Assembly (NCBI RefSeq): GCF_013122565.1
Contig: NZ_CP053258.1
Origin: Escherichia coli
GTDB taxonomy: Bacteria; Pseudomonadota; Gammaproteobacteria; Enterobacterales; Enterobacteriaceae
Reading direction: 5' to 3' (one strand)
DNA: 64,000 nucleotides
In this document: positions 42,315 through 57,517 of the stretch, piece after piece
Numbering within the stretch: position 1 is the first letter of the stretch
Layout: every line of letters begins with the position of its first letter
Translations under genes and position numbers: made by a program
Notes under the pieces: generated by a model
Database searches by the model: none
What the model was told of the DNA's origin: nothing
The model's input: only the letters and a program-made list of their open reading frames with translations

Positions 42315-45188
42315 ATGACACAGACGTTAAGCCAGCTTGAAAATAGCGGCGCTTTTATTGAACGCCATATCGGACCGGACGCCGCGCAACAGCAAGAAAT
42401 GCTGAATGCCGTTGGCGCACAATCGTTAAACGCGCTGACCGGCCAGATTGTACCGAAAGATATTCAGCTTGCGACCCCGCCGCAGGTTGGCGCACCGGCG
42501 ACCGAATACGCCGCGCTGGCGGAACTCAAGGCTATTGCCAGTCGCAATAAACGCTTCACGTCTTACATCGGCATGGGTTACACCGCCGTGCAGCTACCGC
42601 CGGTTATCCTGCGTAACATGCTGGAAAATCCGGGCTGGTATACCGCGTATACTCCGTATCAACCTGAAGTCTCCCAGGGCCGCCTTGAGGCACTGCTCAA
42701 TTTCCAGCAGGTAACGCTGGATTTAACCGGGCTGGATATGGCCTCTGCTTCTCTTCTTGACGAAGCCACCGCTGCCGCCGAAGCAATGGCGATGGCGAAA
42801 CGCGTCAGCAAACTGAAAAATGCCAACCGCTTCTTCGTGGCTTCCGATGTGCATCCGCAAACGCTGGATGTGGTACGTACTCGTGCCGAAACCTTTGGTT
42901 TTGAAGTGATTGTCGATGATGCGCAAAAAGTGCTCGACCACCAGGACGTCTTCGGCGTGCTGTTACAGCAGGTCGGCACTACTGGTGAAATTCACGACTA
43001 CACCACGCTTATTAGCGAACTGAAATCACGCAAAATTGTGGTCAGTGTCGCCGCCGATATTATGGCGCTGGTGCTGTTAACTGCGCCGGGTAAACAGGGC
43101 GCGGATATTGTCTTTGGTTCGGCGCAACGTTTCGGCGTGCCGATGGGCTACGGAGGCCCACACGCGGCATTCTTTGCGGCGAAAGATGAATACAAACGCT
43201 CAATGCCGGGCCGTATTATCGGTGTATCGAAAGATGCAGCTGGCAATACCGCACTGCGCATGGCGATGCAGACTCGCGAGCAACATATTCGTCGTGAGAA
43301 AGCGAACTCCAACATTTGTACTTCCCAGGTGCTGCTGGCAAACATCGCCAGCCTGTATGCCGTTTATCACGGCCCGGTTGGCCTGAAACGTATCGCTAAC
43401 CGCATTCACCGTCTGACCGATATCCTGGCGGCGGGCCTGCAACAAAAAGGTCTGAAACTGCGCCATGCGCACTATTTCGACACTCTGTGTGTGGAAGTGG
43501 CCGACAAGGCGGGCGTACTGGCGCGTGCCGAAGCGGCTGAAATCAACCTGCGTAGCGATATCCTGAACGCGGTTGGGATCACCCTTGATGAAACCACCAC
43601 GCGCGAAAACGTGATGCAGCTTTTCAGCGTACTGCTGGGGGATAACCACGGCCTGGACATCGACACGCTGGACAAAGACGTGGCTCACGACAGCCGCTCT
43701 ATCCAGCCTGCGATGCTGCGCGACGACGAAATCCTCACCCATCCGGTGTTTAATCGCTACCACAGCGAAACCGAAATGATGCGCTATATGCACTCGCTGG
43801 AGCGTAAAGATCTGGCGCTGAATCAGGCGATGATCCCGCTGGGTTCCTGCACTATGAAACTGAACGCCGCCGCCGAGATGATCCCCATCACCTGGCCGGA
43901 ATTTGCTGAACTGCATCCGTTCTGCCCGCCGGAGCAGGCCGAAGGTTATCAGCAGATGATTGCGCAGCTGGCTGACTGGCTGGTGAAACTGACCGGTTAC
44001 GACGCCGTTTGTATGCAGCCGAACTCTGGCGCACAGGGCGAATACGCGGGCCTGCTGGCGATTCGTCATTATCATGAAAGCCGCAACGAAGGGCATCGCG
44101 ATATCTGCCTGATCCCGGCTTCTGCGCACGGCACTAACCCTGCTTCTGCACATATGGCAGGAATGCAGGTGGTGGTTGTGGCGTGTGATAAAAACGGAAA
44201 TATCGATCTGACTGATCTGCGCGCGAAAGCCGAACAGGCAGGTGATAATCTCTCCTGCATCATGGTGACCTATCCTTCCACCCACGGTGTGTATGAAGAA
44301 ACGATCCGTGAAGTGTGTGAAGTCGTGCATCAGTTCGGCGGTCAGGTTTACCTTGATGGCGCGAACATGAACGCCCAGGTTGGCATCACCTCGCCAGGCT
44401 TTATTGGCGCGGACGTTTCGCACCTCAACCTGCATAAAACTTTCTGCATTCCGCACGGCGGTGGTGGTCCGGGTATGGGACCGATCGGCGTGAAAGCGCA
44501 TCTGGCACCGTTTGTACCGGGTCATAGCGTGGTACAAATTGAAGGCATGTTAACCCGTCAGGGCGCGGTTTCTGCGGCACCGTTCGGTAGCGCCTCTATC
44601 CTGCCAATCAGCTGGATGTACATCCGCATGATGGGCGCAGAAGGGCTGAAAAAAGCAAGCCAGGTGGCAATTCTTAACGCCAACTATATTGCCAGTCGCC
44701 TGCAGGATGCCTTCCCGGTGCTGTATACCGGTCGTGACGGTCGCGTGGCGCACGAATGTATTCTCGATATTCGTCCGTTGAAAGAAGAAACCGGCATCAG
44801 CGAGCTGGATATTGCCAAGCGCCTGATCGACTACGGTTTCCACGCGCCGACGATGTCGTTCCCGGTGGCGGGTACGCTGATGGTTGAACCGACTGAATCT
44901 GAAAGCAAAGTGGAACTGGATCGCTTTATCGACGCGATGCTGGCTATCCGCGCAGAAATTGACCAGGTGAAAGCCGGTATCTGGCCGCTGGAAGACAACC
45001 CGCTGGTGAACGCGCCGCACATTCAGAGCGAACTGGTCGCCGAGTGGGCGCATCCGTACAGCCGTGAAGTTGCGGTATTCCCGGCAGGCGTGGCAGACAA
45101 ATACTGGCCGACAGTGAAACGTCTGGATGATGTTTACGGCGACCGTAACCTGTTCTGCTCCTGCGTACCGATAAGCGAATACCAGTAA
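42315..45188 (+). CDS. gcvP: glycine dehydrogenase (decarboxylating) P protein
   Basis: 957 aa. Confidence 0.95.
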   Translation: MTQTLSQLENSGAFIERHIGPDAAQQQEMLNAVGAQSLNALTGQIVPKDIQLATPPQVGAPATEYAALAELKAIASRNKRFTSYIGMGYTAVQLPPVILRNMLENPGWYTAYTPYQPEVSQGRLEALLNFQQVTLDLTGLDMASASLLDEATAAAEAMAMAKRVSKLKNANRFFVASDVHPQTLDVVRTRAETFGFEVIVDDAQKVLDHQDVFGVLLQQVGTTGEIHDYTTLISELKSRKIVVSVAADIMALVLLTAPGKQGADIVFGSAQRFGVPMGYGGPHAAFFAAKDEYKRSMPGRIIGVSKDAAGNTALRMAMQTREQHIRREKANSNICTSQVLLANIASLYAVYHGPVGLKRIANRIHRLTDILAAGLQQKGLKLRHAHYFDTLCVEVADKAGVLARAEAAEINLRSDILNAVGITLDETTTRENVMQLFSVLLGDNHGLDIDTLDKDVAHDSRSIQPAMLRDDEILTHPVFNRYHSETEMMRYMHSLERKDLALNQAMIPLGSCTMKLNAAAEMIPITWPEFAELHPFCPPEQAEGYQQMIAQLADWLVKLTGYDAVCMQPNSGAQGEYAGLLAIRHYHESRNEGHRDICLIPASAHGTNPASAHMAGMQVVVVACDKNGNIDLTDLRAKAEQAGDNLSCIMVTYPSTHGVYEETIREVCEVVHQFGGQVYLDGANMNAQVGITSPGFIGADVSHLNLHKTFCIPHGGGGPGMGPIGVKAHLAPFVPGHSVVQIEGMLTRQGAVSAAPFGSASILPISWMYIRMMGAEGLKKASQVAILNANYIASRLQDAFPVLYTGRDGRVAHECILDIRPLKEETGISELDIAKRLIDYGFHAPTMSFPVAGTLMVEPTESESKVELDRFIDAMLAIRAEIDQVKAGIWPLEDNPLVNAPHIQSELVAEWAHPYSREVAVFPAGVADKYWPTVKRLDDVYGDRNLFCSCVPISEYQ

Positions 45189-45210
45189 TTCACTGATTCG
45201 ACTATCTTCT

Positions 45211-45232
45211 AAAGGCGCTTCGGCGCCTTTTT
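45211..45232 (+). terminator. gcvP intrinsic terminator
   Basis: aaaggcgcttcggcgccttttt. Confidence 0.8.
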
Positions 45233-45314
45233 AGCTTGTTAATAAAGTGCGCTTTGTGTGTCGGATGAAGCGTAAATATAAAATCCTGGAGTTCAATATA
45301 TGACAGGAGCGCCA

Positions 45315-45340
45315 GGCCTGATGAGCGGGGCGCATCAGGC
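45315..45340. repeat. REP-like palindrome in the gcvP-bglA spacer
   Basis: gcctgatg agcggggcg catcaggc. Confidence 0.5.
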
Positions 45341-45351
45341 ACATCGGGTAA

Positions 45352-46812
<1,461 letters not shown>

Positions 46813-46829
46813 TTACAGGAAATAGTACC

Positions 46830-47141
46830 ATGCAGCCAAACGACATCACTTTTTTTCAACGTTTCCAGGATGACATTCTGGCTGGGCGTAAAACCATCAC
46901 CATCCGCGACGAGTCTGAATCGCACTTCAAAACGGGTGATGTGCTTCGTGTCGGGCGTTTTGAAGATGACGGTTATTTTTGCACGATTGAAGTCACCGCA
47001 ACCTCAACCGTAACGCTGGATACGCTGACGGAAAAACATGCAGAGCAGGAAAATATGACCCTGACTGAACTGAAAAAGGTCATTGCCGACATCTATCCCG
47101 GTCAGACACAGTTTTATGTGATTGAATTTAAATGTCTTTAA
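46830..47141 (+). CDS. yqfB: ASCH-domain protein
   Basis: 103 aa. Confidence 0.9.
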   Translation: MQPNDITFFQRFQDDILAGRKTITIRDESESHFKTGDVLRVGRFEDDGYFCTIEVTATSTVTLDTLTEKHAEQENMTLTELKKVIADIYPGQTQFYVIEFKCL

Positions 47142-47301
47142 ATTGAACTCACGCCTGTTAGTTGAAATTTCGCATTTAATTTCATGATTTTTAGGGGATT
47201 AGTCTCAAATCAGAATTTATTTTAGCTAACAGGTGTTCACTGGAACTATTCTCAGTTACGCTGGAGAGGTATACATGTGCGTGTACGTTTCTCCGGAGTA
47301 A

Positions 47302-47964
<663 letters not shown>

Positions 47965-47981
47965 TGGGTATGCCTTTGTAG

Positions 47982-48013
47982 GCCTGATAAGACGCGCCAG
48001 CGTCGCATCAGGC
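47982..48013. repeat. REP element
   Basis: gcctgataagacgcgccagcgtcgcatcaggc between yqfA and ygfZ. Confidence 0.8.
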
Positions 48014-48040
48014 GATAAATGCGTGATGCGACACAGAGAT

Positions 48041-49021
48041 TTACTCTTCGAGCGAATACGGCAGCGGCTCGATATGCAATGTATTCGCATCGTCACGTAC
48101 GCGGAAGATGCTGTCCGGTTCCATATCGTTATTCATGACGACCTGTACCACGACCTGACCATCTTCCAGTTTTACCGCAGCCAGCACCGTACCAGTACGA
48201 CGCCAGTTCTCGCCCATTTTCAGCTCTAAGTCTTCACCAGCTTCCGGCAGTCGGCTGGCACTACCTGTCAGCAACCAGAGCGCGCGTTTGTTGGCACCAC
48301 GGAATTTTGCTCGCGCCACCATCTCTTGTCCGGTATAGCAGCCTTTCTTAAAGCTGATACCGCCCAGCGCCTGGAGATTGGTCGCCTGTGGAATAAACTG
48401 CCCGCTGTTGGCGGCATCAATCACCGGGAAACCCGCTTCAATGTTTAATGCCAGCCACTGTTGGCTATTGTTCAGTTCCGCTTCACCGCGCAGTTTGTCG
48501 GTCAGCATATTGGCAGTAGCTTCATCGGTTACGATCAGGAAACGTTCTGCCGGGTGTTCAAACCATAGCAAAGTGGTCGCGCCTTCTTTAACTACCTGTT
48601 TTTCTTTCGAAGGCAGTTCACTAAAGAGATTGGCCAGTGCGGCGCGCGCCTGAAAACCGGCAACACCAAGCAGCACACGCTCGTCGTCTGGCGCGATGGT
48701 CACTTTAGAGAATACCGCATATTTTTTCAGTTCAGTCAGCTGCGGTTCACGCACGCTGCGCCGTTCAATCCACGCAAAGCCATCGCCGTCGCGGAACAGA
48801 CGTAAATTGCTCCACATTTTACCTTTGGCGTCGCAATGGGCGGCCAGCAGGTGCTGATCTTCTGTCATCTGGCTGACGTCTGCTGTCACCTGACCCTGCA
48901 TATATTTTTCGCTGTCCGCGCCAGTAATGGTGGCAAGCGCCCAGTCATCAAGCGTCATCAGTGTCAGTGGCAAACGGGCAGAAGCCGTAGGCTGACGGGG
49001 AGGAAAAGGTGTAAAAGCCAT
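48041..49021 (-). CDS. ygfZ: folate-binding Fe-S cluster repair protein
   Basis: 326 aa. Confidence 0.9.
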   Translation of the reverse strand: MAFTPFPPRQPTASARLPLTLMTLDDWALATITGADSEKYMQGQVTADVSQMTEDQHLLAAHCDAKGKMWSNLRLFRDGDGFAWIERRSVREPQLTELKKYAVFSKVTIAPDDERVLLGVAGFQARAALANLFSELPSKEKQVVKEGATTLLWFEHPAERFLIVTDEATANMLTDKLRGEAELNNSQQWLALNIEAGFPVIDAANSGQFIPQATNLQALGGISFKKGCYTGQEMVARAKFRGANKRALWLLTGSASRLPEAGEDLELKMGENWRRTGTVLAAVKLEDGQVVVQVVMNNDMEPDSIFRVRDDANTLHIEPLPYSLEE

Positions 49022-49251
49022 AATAGAGTCCTGAGTTGCTTAACGGCGTATTAATCACTAATGGTAAAAGAGCTATGAGGCAATGCAAGTGCTTTCACTA
49101 CGCGATCTGTGCCTTCTGCGAGGCGACTTCCAAAAAAATGAAGCCCTTGAATTGTTGTGAATTAATTTCGCGATCGCGATGGTGTTTACTGATATTCCCG
49201 TAAAAGAAGTCGAAAAACACGTTACAATAGCGGGGTACTGGATTTTCGTGA

Positions 49252-49918
<667 letters not shown>

Positions 49919-49957
49919 AGATGACGGCAAAGCATATGCGCTAAGCCGTCAGTGACA

Positions 49958-50479
49958 TCAGGCGTAATGCTCTGCCATTTCGTTGAGGATTTGCTCGCAC
50001 CAGCTCTGAATACGCTCGTCGCTAAGGTCATACTGGTTAGTTTCGTCCAGCGCCAGCCCCACGAACAGTTGCCCGTCAGCAATCACCGGTTTCGGGCTGG
50101 TAAATTCATATCCTTCCGTTGGCCAGTAGCCGACGAACTTCACGCCTTTGGTCGAGAGTTTGTCATGCAGCATACCGAGCGCATCGAGGAACCACTCGCC
50201 GTATCCCAGTTGATCGCCAAGCCCATACAGCGCAACAATTTTACCTTCAAGGTTCAGGTCGTCGAGCTGATCCCAGACGGCTTCCCAGTCTTCCTGGATT
50301 TCACCAAAATCCCAGGTCGGGATACCCAGAATGAGCACATCGTACTGCTCCATTAATTTCGGGGAGTCGTCCTTGAGGTTATGTAAGGTCACCAGTTCTG
50401 GGCCGATAATATCGCGGATTTTTTCTGCCGCCATTTCGGTGTAACAGGTGCTGGAACCGTAAAAAAGACCCATATTCAT
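49958..50479 (-). CDS. fldB: flavodoxin 2
   Basis: 173 aa. Confidence 0.9.
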
Positions 50480-50590
50480 AACGTAAGCTTCTCGATTCTG
50501 CTGTGGCTTTTGCAGCTAGTGTATCAGAATCGCTTTAGTCACGGCACAATAAGGCATAATGGATCAAATGAGTGACCATAAGGGGCGCAA

Positions 50591-51487
50591 GTGAAACAGG
50601 ATCTGGCATGCATCGAGCAGTTTCTTGATGCTCTGTGGCTGGAAAAAAATCTGGCTGAAAATACGTTGAACGCTTACCGTCGCGATCTGTCAATGATGGT
50701 GGAGTGGTTGCATCACCGCGGGTTGACGCTGGCGACGGCGCAAAGTGACGATTTGCAGGCATTACTGGCAGAACGGCTGGAGGGCGGGTATAAAGCCACC
50801 AGCTCAGCGCGTTTGCTGAGTGCAGTGCGCCGATTGTTCCAGTATCTTTATCGCGAAAAGTTTCGTGAAGACGATCCCAGTGCGCATCTCGCTTCACCGA
50901 AATTGCCCCAGCGTTTGCCAAAAGATTTAAGCGAAGCGCAGGTCGAACGTTTATTACAGGCACCATTAATTGATCAGCCACTGGAGCTACGCGATAAAGC
51001 CATGCTTGAAGTGTTGTATGCTACCGGGCTGCGTGTCTCTGAACTGGTCGGGCTGACAATGAGTGATATCAGCCTGCGTCAGGGCGTAGTGCGGGTCATT
51101 GGTAAAGGCAACAAAGAGCGCCTGGTGCCGTTAGGTGAAGAGGCGGTTTACTGGTTGGAGACCTATCTGGAACATGGGCGTCCGTGGCTGCTGAATGGTG
51201 TGTCAATTGACGTGTTGTTTCCCAGCCAGCGTGCGCAGCAGATGACGCGACAGACCTTCTGGCACCGCATTAAACATTATGCCGTGCTGGCGGGTATCGA
51301 CAGCGAAAAGCTGTCCCCGCATGTGTTGCGTCACGCTTTTGCCACTCATTTATTAAATCATGGTGCGGATTTACGCGTGGTGCAGATGCTACTGGGCCAC
51401 AGCGATCTCTCCACCACGCAAATTTATACGCATGTCGCTACCGAGCGTCTGCGGCAACTTCATCAACAGCATCACCCGCGGGCGTGA
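50591..51487 (+). CDS. xerD: tyrosine recombinase XerD
   Basis: 298 aa; GTG start; core context with dsbC-recJ. Confidence 0.95.
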   Translation: MKQDLACIEQFLDALWLEKNLAENTLNAYRRDLSMMVEWLHHRGLTLATAQSDDLQALLAERLEGGYKATSSARLLSAVRRLFQYLYREKFREDDPSAHLASPKLPQRLPKDLSEAQVERLLQAPLIDQPLELRDKAMLEVLYATGLRVSELVGLTMSDISLRQGVVRVIGKGNKERLVPLGEEAVYWLETYLEHGRPWLLNGVSIDVLFPSQRAQQMTRQTFWHRIKHYAVLAGIDSEKLSPHVLRHAFATHLLNHGADLRVVQMLLGHSDLSTTQIYTHVATERLRQLHQQHHPRA

Positions 51488-51511
51488 TGTCTGAAAAGAA
51501 CGGGAAGATTT

Positions 51512-52222
51512 ATGAAGAAAGGTTTTATGTTGTTTACTTTGTTAGCGGCGTTTTCAGGCTTTGCTCAGGCTGATGACGCGGCAATTCAACAAACGTTAGC
51601 CAAAATGGGCATCAAAAGCAGCGATATTCAGCCCGCGCCCGTAGCTGGCATGAAGACAGTTCTGACTAACAGCGGCGTGTTGTACATCACCGATGATGGT
51701 AAACATATCATTCAGGGGCCAATGTATGACGTTAGTGGCACGGCTCCGGTCAATGTCACCAATAAGATGCTGTTAAAGCAGTTGAATGCGCTTGAAAAAG
51801 AGATGATCGTTTATAAAGCGCCGCAGGAAAAACACGTCATCACCGTGTTTACTGATATTACCTGTGGTTACTGCCACAAACTGCATGAGCAAATGGCAGA
51901 CTACAACGCGCTGGGGATCACCGTACGTTATCTTGCTTTCCCGCGCCAGGGGCTGGATAGCGATGCTGAGAAAGAAATGAAAGCTATCTGGTGTGCGAAA
52001 GACAAAAACAAAGCGTTTGATGATGTGATGGCAGGTAAAAGCGTCGCACCAGCCAGTTGCGACGTGGATATTGCCGACCATTACGCACTTGGCGTCCAGC
52101 TTGGCGTTAGCGGTACTCCGGCAGTTGTGCTGAGCAATGGCACACTTGTTCCGGGTTACCAGCCGCCGAAAGACATGAAAGAATTCCTCGACGAACACCA
52201 AAAAATGACCAGCGGTAAATAA
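51512..52222 (+). CDS. dsbC: thiol:disulfide interchange protein DsbC
   Basis: 236 aa, signal peptide, CGYC active site. Confidence 0.95.
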   Translation: MKKGFMLFTLLAAFSGFAQADDAAIQQTLAKMGIKSSDIQPAPVAGMKTVLTNSGVLYITDDGKHIIQGPMYDVSGTAPVNVTNKMLLKQLNALEKEMIVYKAPQEKHVITVFTDITCGYCHKLHEQMADYNALGITVRYLAFPRQGLDSDAEKEMKAIWCAKDKNKAFDDVMAGKSVAPASCDVDIADHYALGVQLGVSGTPAVVLSNGTLVPGYQPPKDMKEFLDEHQKMTSGK

Positions 52223-52227
52223 TTCGC

Positions 52228-53961
52228 GTGAAACAACAGATACAACTTCGTCGCCGTGAAGTCGATGAAACGGCAGACTTGCCCGCTGAATTGCCTCCCT
52301 TGCTGCGCCGTTTATACGCCAGCCGAGGAGTACGCAGTGCGCAAGAACTGGAACGCAGTGTTAAAGGTATGTTGCCCTGGCAGCAACTGAGCGGCGTCGA
52401 AAAGGCCGTTGAGATCCTTTACAACGCTTTTCGCGAAGGAACGCGGATTATTGTGGTCGGTGATTTCGACGCCGACGGTGCCACCAGCACGGCTCTAAGC
52501 GTGCTGGCGATGCGCTCGCTTGGTTGCAGCAATATCGACTACCTGGTTCCAAACCGTTTCGAAGACGGTTACGGCTTAAGCCCGGAAGTGGTCGATCAGG
52601 CCCATGCCCGTGGCGCGCAGTTAATTGTCACGGTGGATAACGGTATTTCCTCCCATGCAGGGGTTGAACACGCTCGTTCGTTGGGCATTCCGGTTATTGT
52701 TACCGATCACCATTTGCCGGGCGACACATTACCCGCGGCGGAAGCGATCATTAACCCTAACTTGCGCGACTGCAATTTCCCGTCGAAATCACTGGCAGGC
52801 GTGGGGGTGGCGTTTTATCTGATGCTGGCGCTGCGCACCTTTTTGCGCGATCAGGGCTGGTTTGATGAGCGCGGCATCGCAATTCCTAATCTGGCAGAAC
52901 TGCTGGATCTGGTCGCGCTGGGGACAGTGGCGGACGTCGTGCCGCTGGACGCTAATAATCGCATTCTGACCTGGCAGGGGATGAGTCGCATCCGTGCCGG
53001 AAAGTGCCGTCCGGGAATCAAAGCGCTGCTGGAAGTGGCGAACCGCGATGCGCAAAAACTCGCCGCCAGCGATTTAGGTTTTGCGCTGGGGCCACGTCTC
53101 AATGCTGCCGGGAGACTGGACGATATGTCCGTCGGTGTGGCGCTGTTGCTGTGCGACAACATCGGCGAAGCGCGCGTGCTGGCAAATGAACTCGATGCCC
53201 TAAACCAGACGCGAAAAGAGATCGAACAAGGAATGCAGGTTGAAGCCCTGACCCTGTGCGAGAAACTGGAGCGCAGCCGTGACACGCTACCCGGCGGGCT
53301 GGCAATGTATCACCCCGAATGGCATCAGGGCGTTGTCGGTATTCTGGCTTCGCGCATCAAAGAGCGTTTTCACCGTCCGGTTATCGCGTTTGCGCCAGCA
53401 GGTGACGGTACGCTGAAAGGTTCCGGTCGCTCCATTCAGGGGCTACATATGCGTGATGCGCTGGAGCGATTAGACACACTCTACCCCGGCATGATGCTCA
53501 AGTTTGGCGGTCATGCGATGGCGGCGGGTTTGTCGCTGGAAGAGGATAAATTCGAACTCTTTCAACAACGGTTTGGCGAGCTGGTTACTGAGTGGCTGGA
53601 CCCTTCGCTATTGCAAGGCGAAGTGGTGTCAGACGGTCCGTTAAGCCCGGCCGAAATGACCATGGAAGTGGCGCAGCTGCTGCGCGATGCTGGCCCGTGG
53701 GGGCAGATGTTCCCGGAGCCGCTGTTTGACGGTCATTTCCGTCTGCTGCAACAGCGGCTGGTGGGCGAACGTCATTTGAAAGTCATGGTCGAACCGGTCG
53801 GCGGCGGTCCGCTGCTGGATGGTATTGCTTTTAATGTCGATACCGCCCTCTGGCCGGATAACGGCGTGCGCGAAGTGCAACTGGCTTACAAGCTCGATAT
53901 CAACGAGTTTCGCGGCAACCGCAGCCTGCAAATTATCATCGACAATATCTGGCCAATTTAG
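52228..53961 (+). CDS. recJ: ssDNA-specific exonuclease RecJ
   Basis: 577 aa; GTG start. Confidence 0.95.
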   Translation: MKQQIQLRRREVDETADLPAELPPLLRRLYASRGVRSAQELERSVKGMLPWQQLSGVEKAVEILYNAFREGTRIIVVGDFDADGATSTALSVLAMRSLGCSNIDYLVPNRFEDGYGLSPEVVDQAHARGAQLIVTVDNGISSHAGVEHARSLGIPVIVTDHHLPGDTLPAAEAIINPNLRDCNFPSKSLAGVGVAFYLMLALRTFLRDQGWFDERGIAIPNLAELLDLVALGTVADVVPLDANNRILTWQGMSRIRAGKCRPGIKALLEVANRDAQKLAASDLGFALGPRLNAAGRLDDMSVGVALLLCDNIGEARVLANELDALNQTRKEIEQGMQVEALTLCEKLERSRDTLPGGLAMYHPEWHQGVVGILASRIKERFHRPVIAFAPAGDGTLKGSGRSIQGLHMRDALERLDTLYPGMMLKFGGHAMAAGLSLEEDKFELFQQRFGELVTEWLDPSLLQGEVVSDGPLSPAEMTMEVAQLLRDAGPWGQMFPEPLFDGHFRLLQQRLVGERHLKVMVEPVGGGPLLDGIAFNVDTALWPDNGVREVQLAYKLDINEFRGNRSLQIIIDNIWPI

Positions 53962-54051
53962 CGTCATCTTCTCTATAAAAAAGAGCGTGGATTGGGTACA
54001 ATCCCGCTCTTATCACCGCATTTTGACTAGCTCAATAAAAGAAATCAGACC

Positions 54052-55150
54052 ATGTTTGAAATTAATCCGGTAAATAATCGCATTCAGGACCTCACGGAAC
54101 GCTCCGACGTTCTTAGGGGGTATCTTTGACTACGACGCCAAGAAAGAGCGTCTGGAAGAAGTAAACGCCGAGCTGGAACAGCCGGATGTCTGGAACGAAC
54201 CCGAACGCGCACAGGCGCTGGGTAAAGAGCGTTCCTCCCTCGAAGCCGTTGTCGACACCCTCGACCAAATGAAGCAGGGGCTGGAAGATGTTTCTGGTCT
54301 GCTGGAACTGGCTGTAGAAGCTGACGACGAAGAAACCTTTAACGAAGCCGTTGCTGAACTCGACGCCCTGGAAGAAAAACTGGCGCAGCTTGAGTTCCGC
54401 CGTATGTTCTCTGGCGAATATGACAGCGCCGACTGCTACCTCGATATTCAGGCGGGGTCTGGCGGTACGGAAGCACAGGACTGGGCGAGCATGCTTGAGC
54501 GTATGTATCTGCGCTGGGCAGAATCGCGTGGTTTCAAAACTGAAATCATCGAAGAGTCGGAAGGTGAAGTGGCGGGTATTAAATCCGTGACGATCAAAAT
54601 CTCCGGCGATTACGCTTACGGCTGGCTGCGTACAGAAACTGGCGTTCACCGCCTGGTGCGTAAGAGCCCGTTTGACTCCGGCGGTCGTCGCCATACGTCG
54701 TTCAGCTCCGCGTTTGTTTACCCGGAAGTCGATGACGATATCGATATCGAAATCAACCCGGCGGATCTGCGCATTGACGTTTATCGCGCGTCCGGCGCGG
54801 GCGGTCAGCACGTTAACCGTACCGAATCTGCGGTGCGTATTACCCACATCCCGACCGGGATCGTGACCCAGTGCCAGAACGACCGTTCCCAGCACAAGAA
54901 CAAAGACCAGGCCATGAAGCAGATGAAAGCGAAGCTTTATGAACTGGAGATGCAGAAGAAAAATGCCGAGAAACAGGCGATGGAAGATAACAAATCCGAC
55001 ATCGGCTGGGGCAGCCAGATTCGTTCTTATGTCCTTGATGACTCCCGCATTAAAGATCTGCGCACCGGGGTAGAAACCCGCAACACGCAGGCCGTGCTGG
55101 ACGGCAGCCTGGATCAATTTATCGAAGCAAGTTTGAAAGCAGGGTTATGA
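54052..55150 (+). CDS. prfB: peptide chain release factor 2, with programmed +1 frameshift
   Basis: frame 0 ATG at 54052 runs 25 codons to CTT TGA (54124-54129) preceded by SD-like AGGGGG; +1 frame continues from 54128 to 55150; combined 365 aa. Confidence 0.9.
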
Positions 55151-55159
55151 GGAACCAAC

Positions 55160-56677
55160 ATGTCTGAACAACACGCACAGGGCGCTGACGCGGTAGTCGA
55201 TCTTAACAATGAACTGAAAACGCGTCGTGAGAAGCTGGCGAACCTGCGCGAGCAGGGGATTGCCTTCCCGAACGATTTCCGTCGCGATCATACCTCTGAC
55301 CAATTGCACGCAGAATTCGACGGTAAAGAGAACGAAGAACTGGAAGCGTTGAACATCGAAGTCGCCGTTGCTGGCCGCATGATGACCCGCCGTATTATGG
55401 GTAAAGCGTCTTTCGTTACCCTGCAGGATGTGGGTGGCCGCATTCAGCTGTACGTTGCCCGTGACGATCTGCCGGAAGGCGTTTACAACGAGCAGTTCAA
55501 AAAATGGGACCTCGGCGACATCCTCGGCGCGAAAGGTAAACTGTTCAAAACCAAAACCGGCGAACTGTCTATCCACTGTACCGAGCTGCGTCTACTGACC
55601 AAAGCACTGCGTCCGCTGCCGGATAAATTCCACGGCTTGCAGGATCAGGAAGCGCGCTATCGTCAGCGTTATCTGGATCTCATCTCTAACGATGAATCCC
55701 GTAACACCTTTAAAGTGCGCTCGCAGATCCTCTCTGGTATTCGCCAGTTCATGGTGAACCGCGGCTTTATGGAAGTTGAAACGCCGATGATGCAGGTGAT
55801 CCCTGGCGGTGCCGCTGCGCGTCCGTTTATCACCCACCATAACGCGCTGGATCTCGACATGTACCTGCGTATCGCGCCGGAACTGTACCTCAAGCGTCTG
55901 GTGGTCGGTGGCTTCGAGCGTGTATTCGAAATCAACCGTAACTTCCGTAACGAAGGTATCTCCGTACGTCATAACCCAGAGTTCACCATGATGGAACTCT
56001 ATATGGCTTACGCAGATTACAAAGATCTGATTGAGCTGACCGAATCGCTGTTCCGTACTCTGGCACAGGATATTCTCGGTAAGACGGAAGTGACCTACGG
56101 CGACGTGACGCTGGACTTCGGTAAACCGTTCGAAAAACTAACCATGCGTGAAGCGATCAAGAAATATCGCCCGGAAACCGACATGGCGGATCTGGACAAC
56201 TTCGACTCTGCGAAAGCGATTGCTGAATCTATCGGTATCCACGTTGAGAAGAGCTGGGGTCTGGGCCGTATCGTTACCGAGATCTTCGAAGAAGTGGCAG
56301 AAGCACATCTGATTCAGCCGACCTTCATTACTGAATATCCGGCAGAAGTTTCTCCGTTGGCGCGTCGTAACGACGTTAACCCGGAAATCACAGACCGCTT
56401 TGAGTTCTTCATTGGTGGTCGTGAAATCGGTAACGGCTTTAGCGAGCTGAATGACGCGGAAGATCAGGCGCAGCGCTTCCTGGATCAGGTTGCCGCGAAA
56501 GATGCAGGTGACGACGAAGCGATGTTCTACGATGAAGATTACGTCACCGCACTGGAACATGGCTTACCGCCGACAGCAGGTCTGGGGATTGGCATCGACC
56601 GTATGGTAATGCTGTTCACCAACAGCCATACCATCCGCGACGTTATTCTGTTCCCGGCGATGCGTCCGGTGAAATAA
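55160..56677 (+). CDS. lysS: lysyl-tRNA synthetase (constitutive)
   Basis: 505 aa. Confidence 0.95.
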
Positions 56678-56695
56678 GCATTACGTTATGCTCAC

Positions 56696-56721
56696 AACCC
56701 CGGCAAATGTCGGGGTTTTTT
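56696..56721 (+). terminator. lysS intrinsic terminator
   Basis: aaccccggcaaatgtcgggg followed by ttttttatt. Confidence 0.75.
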
Positions 56722-57268
56722 ATTTAAGCTGGGTAAATGCAGATAATCGTATTCTGGCTTCGCGATTTGTCGCCTGCATCACCATCCACGGACTGAACGC
56801 CCACGGCGTGGCATCAATACCGCGTAATACATCAGCTAAATCACACCATTGATAATCCATCACTTCATCATCGTTGATCTGTAACGCACTGGTGGTGCGT
56901 GCGGCAAATACCGGACACACTTCATTTTCCACAATGCCATTCGGATCGGTGGCGCGATAGCGAAAGTCAGGATAGATAGATTCAGGAGGCGTAATTTCCA
57001 CGCCAAGCTCATAACGGCAACGGCGGATCACCGCGTCTTCGTTGCTTTCTCCCAGTTGTGGGTGCCCACAAACCGAGTTAGTCCACACGCCAGGCCATGC
57101 TTTTTTGCTCAGTGCGCGGCGGGTAACTAATAATTGTCCTTTGGCATTAAACAGCCAACTGGAGAACGCGAGATGTAAGCGGGTGTCTGCCGTGTGTGCG
57201 GCATACTTTTCCAGCGTACCCGTGGGAACTCCCTGTGCATTCAATAAAATGACGTGTTCCGTTTGCAT
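56720..57268 (-). CDS. idi: isopentenyl-diphosphate delta-isomerase
   Basis: 182 aa. Confidence 0.9.
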   Translation of the reverse strand: MQTEHVILLNAQGVPTGTLEKYAAHTADTRLHLAFSSWLFNAKGQLLVTRRALSKKAWPGVWTNSVCGHPQLGESNEDAVIRRCRYELGVEITPPESIYPDFRYRATDPNGIVENEVCPVFAARTTSALQINDDEVMDYQWCDLADVLRGIDATPWAFSPWMVMQATNREARIRLSAFTQLK

Positions 57269-57517
57269 AATTTCTCACATGTAATTCTGATCACTCATCA
57301 TTATAGATAATTGAAGAGTGAAATGATTAACCAAGTGAGCGTTTATCGACAACCGCCCGTTTTGAGCGGATGTCGACAGGTAAAAACCATTTAAAAAAGT
57401 AGCATCATATATTTGAAGCGACTTTCAATGGCCATTGCAACACAGTCAGAAATGACAGGAATAGAGAGAGTAAAAAGCAACAGCAGACTGAATATAGCGC
57501 GCATTAAAAAATTCATA

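Noticed and set aside
43200-44537. 445-aa ORF on the minus strand, plus other long antisense ORFs (1891..2667, 15380..16078, 16680..17654, 37049..37582, 54113..55117)
   Set aside because: All lie antisense within well-supported conserved genes (gcvP, tktA, pgk, fbaA, pepP, prfB); they have no RBS or start context and their composition reflects the sense-strand codon bias.
50591-51487. Tyrosine recombinase as a sign of a prophage or integrative element
   Set aside because: This is xerD in its conserved chromosomal context (fldB-xerD-dsbC-recJ), with no att-like repeats, tRNA or phage genes nearby.
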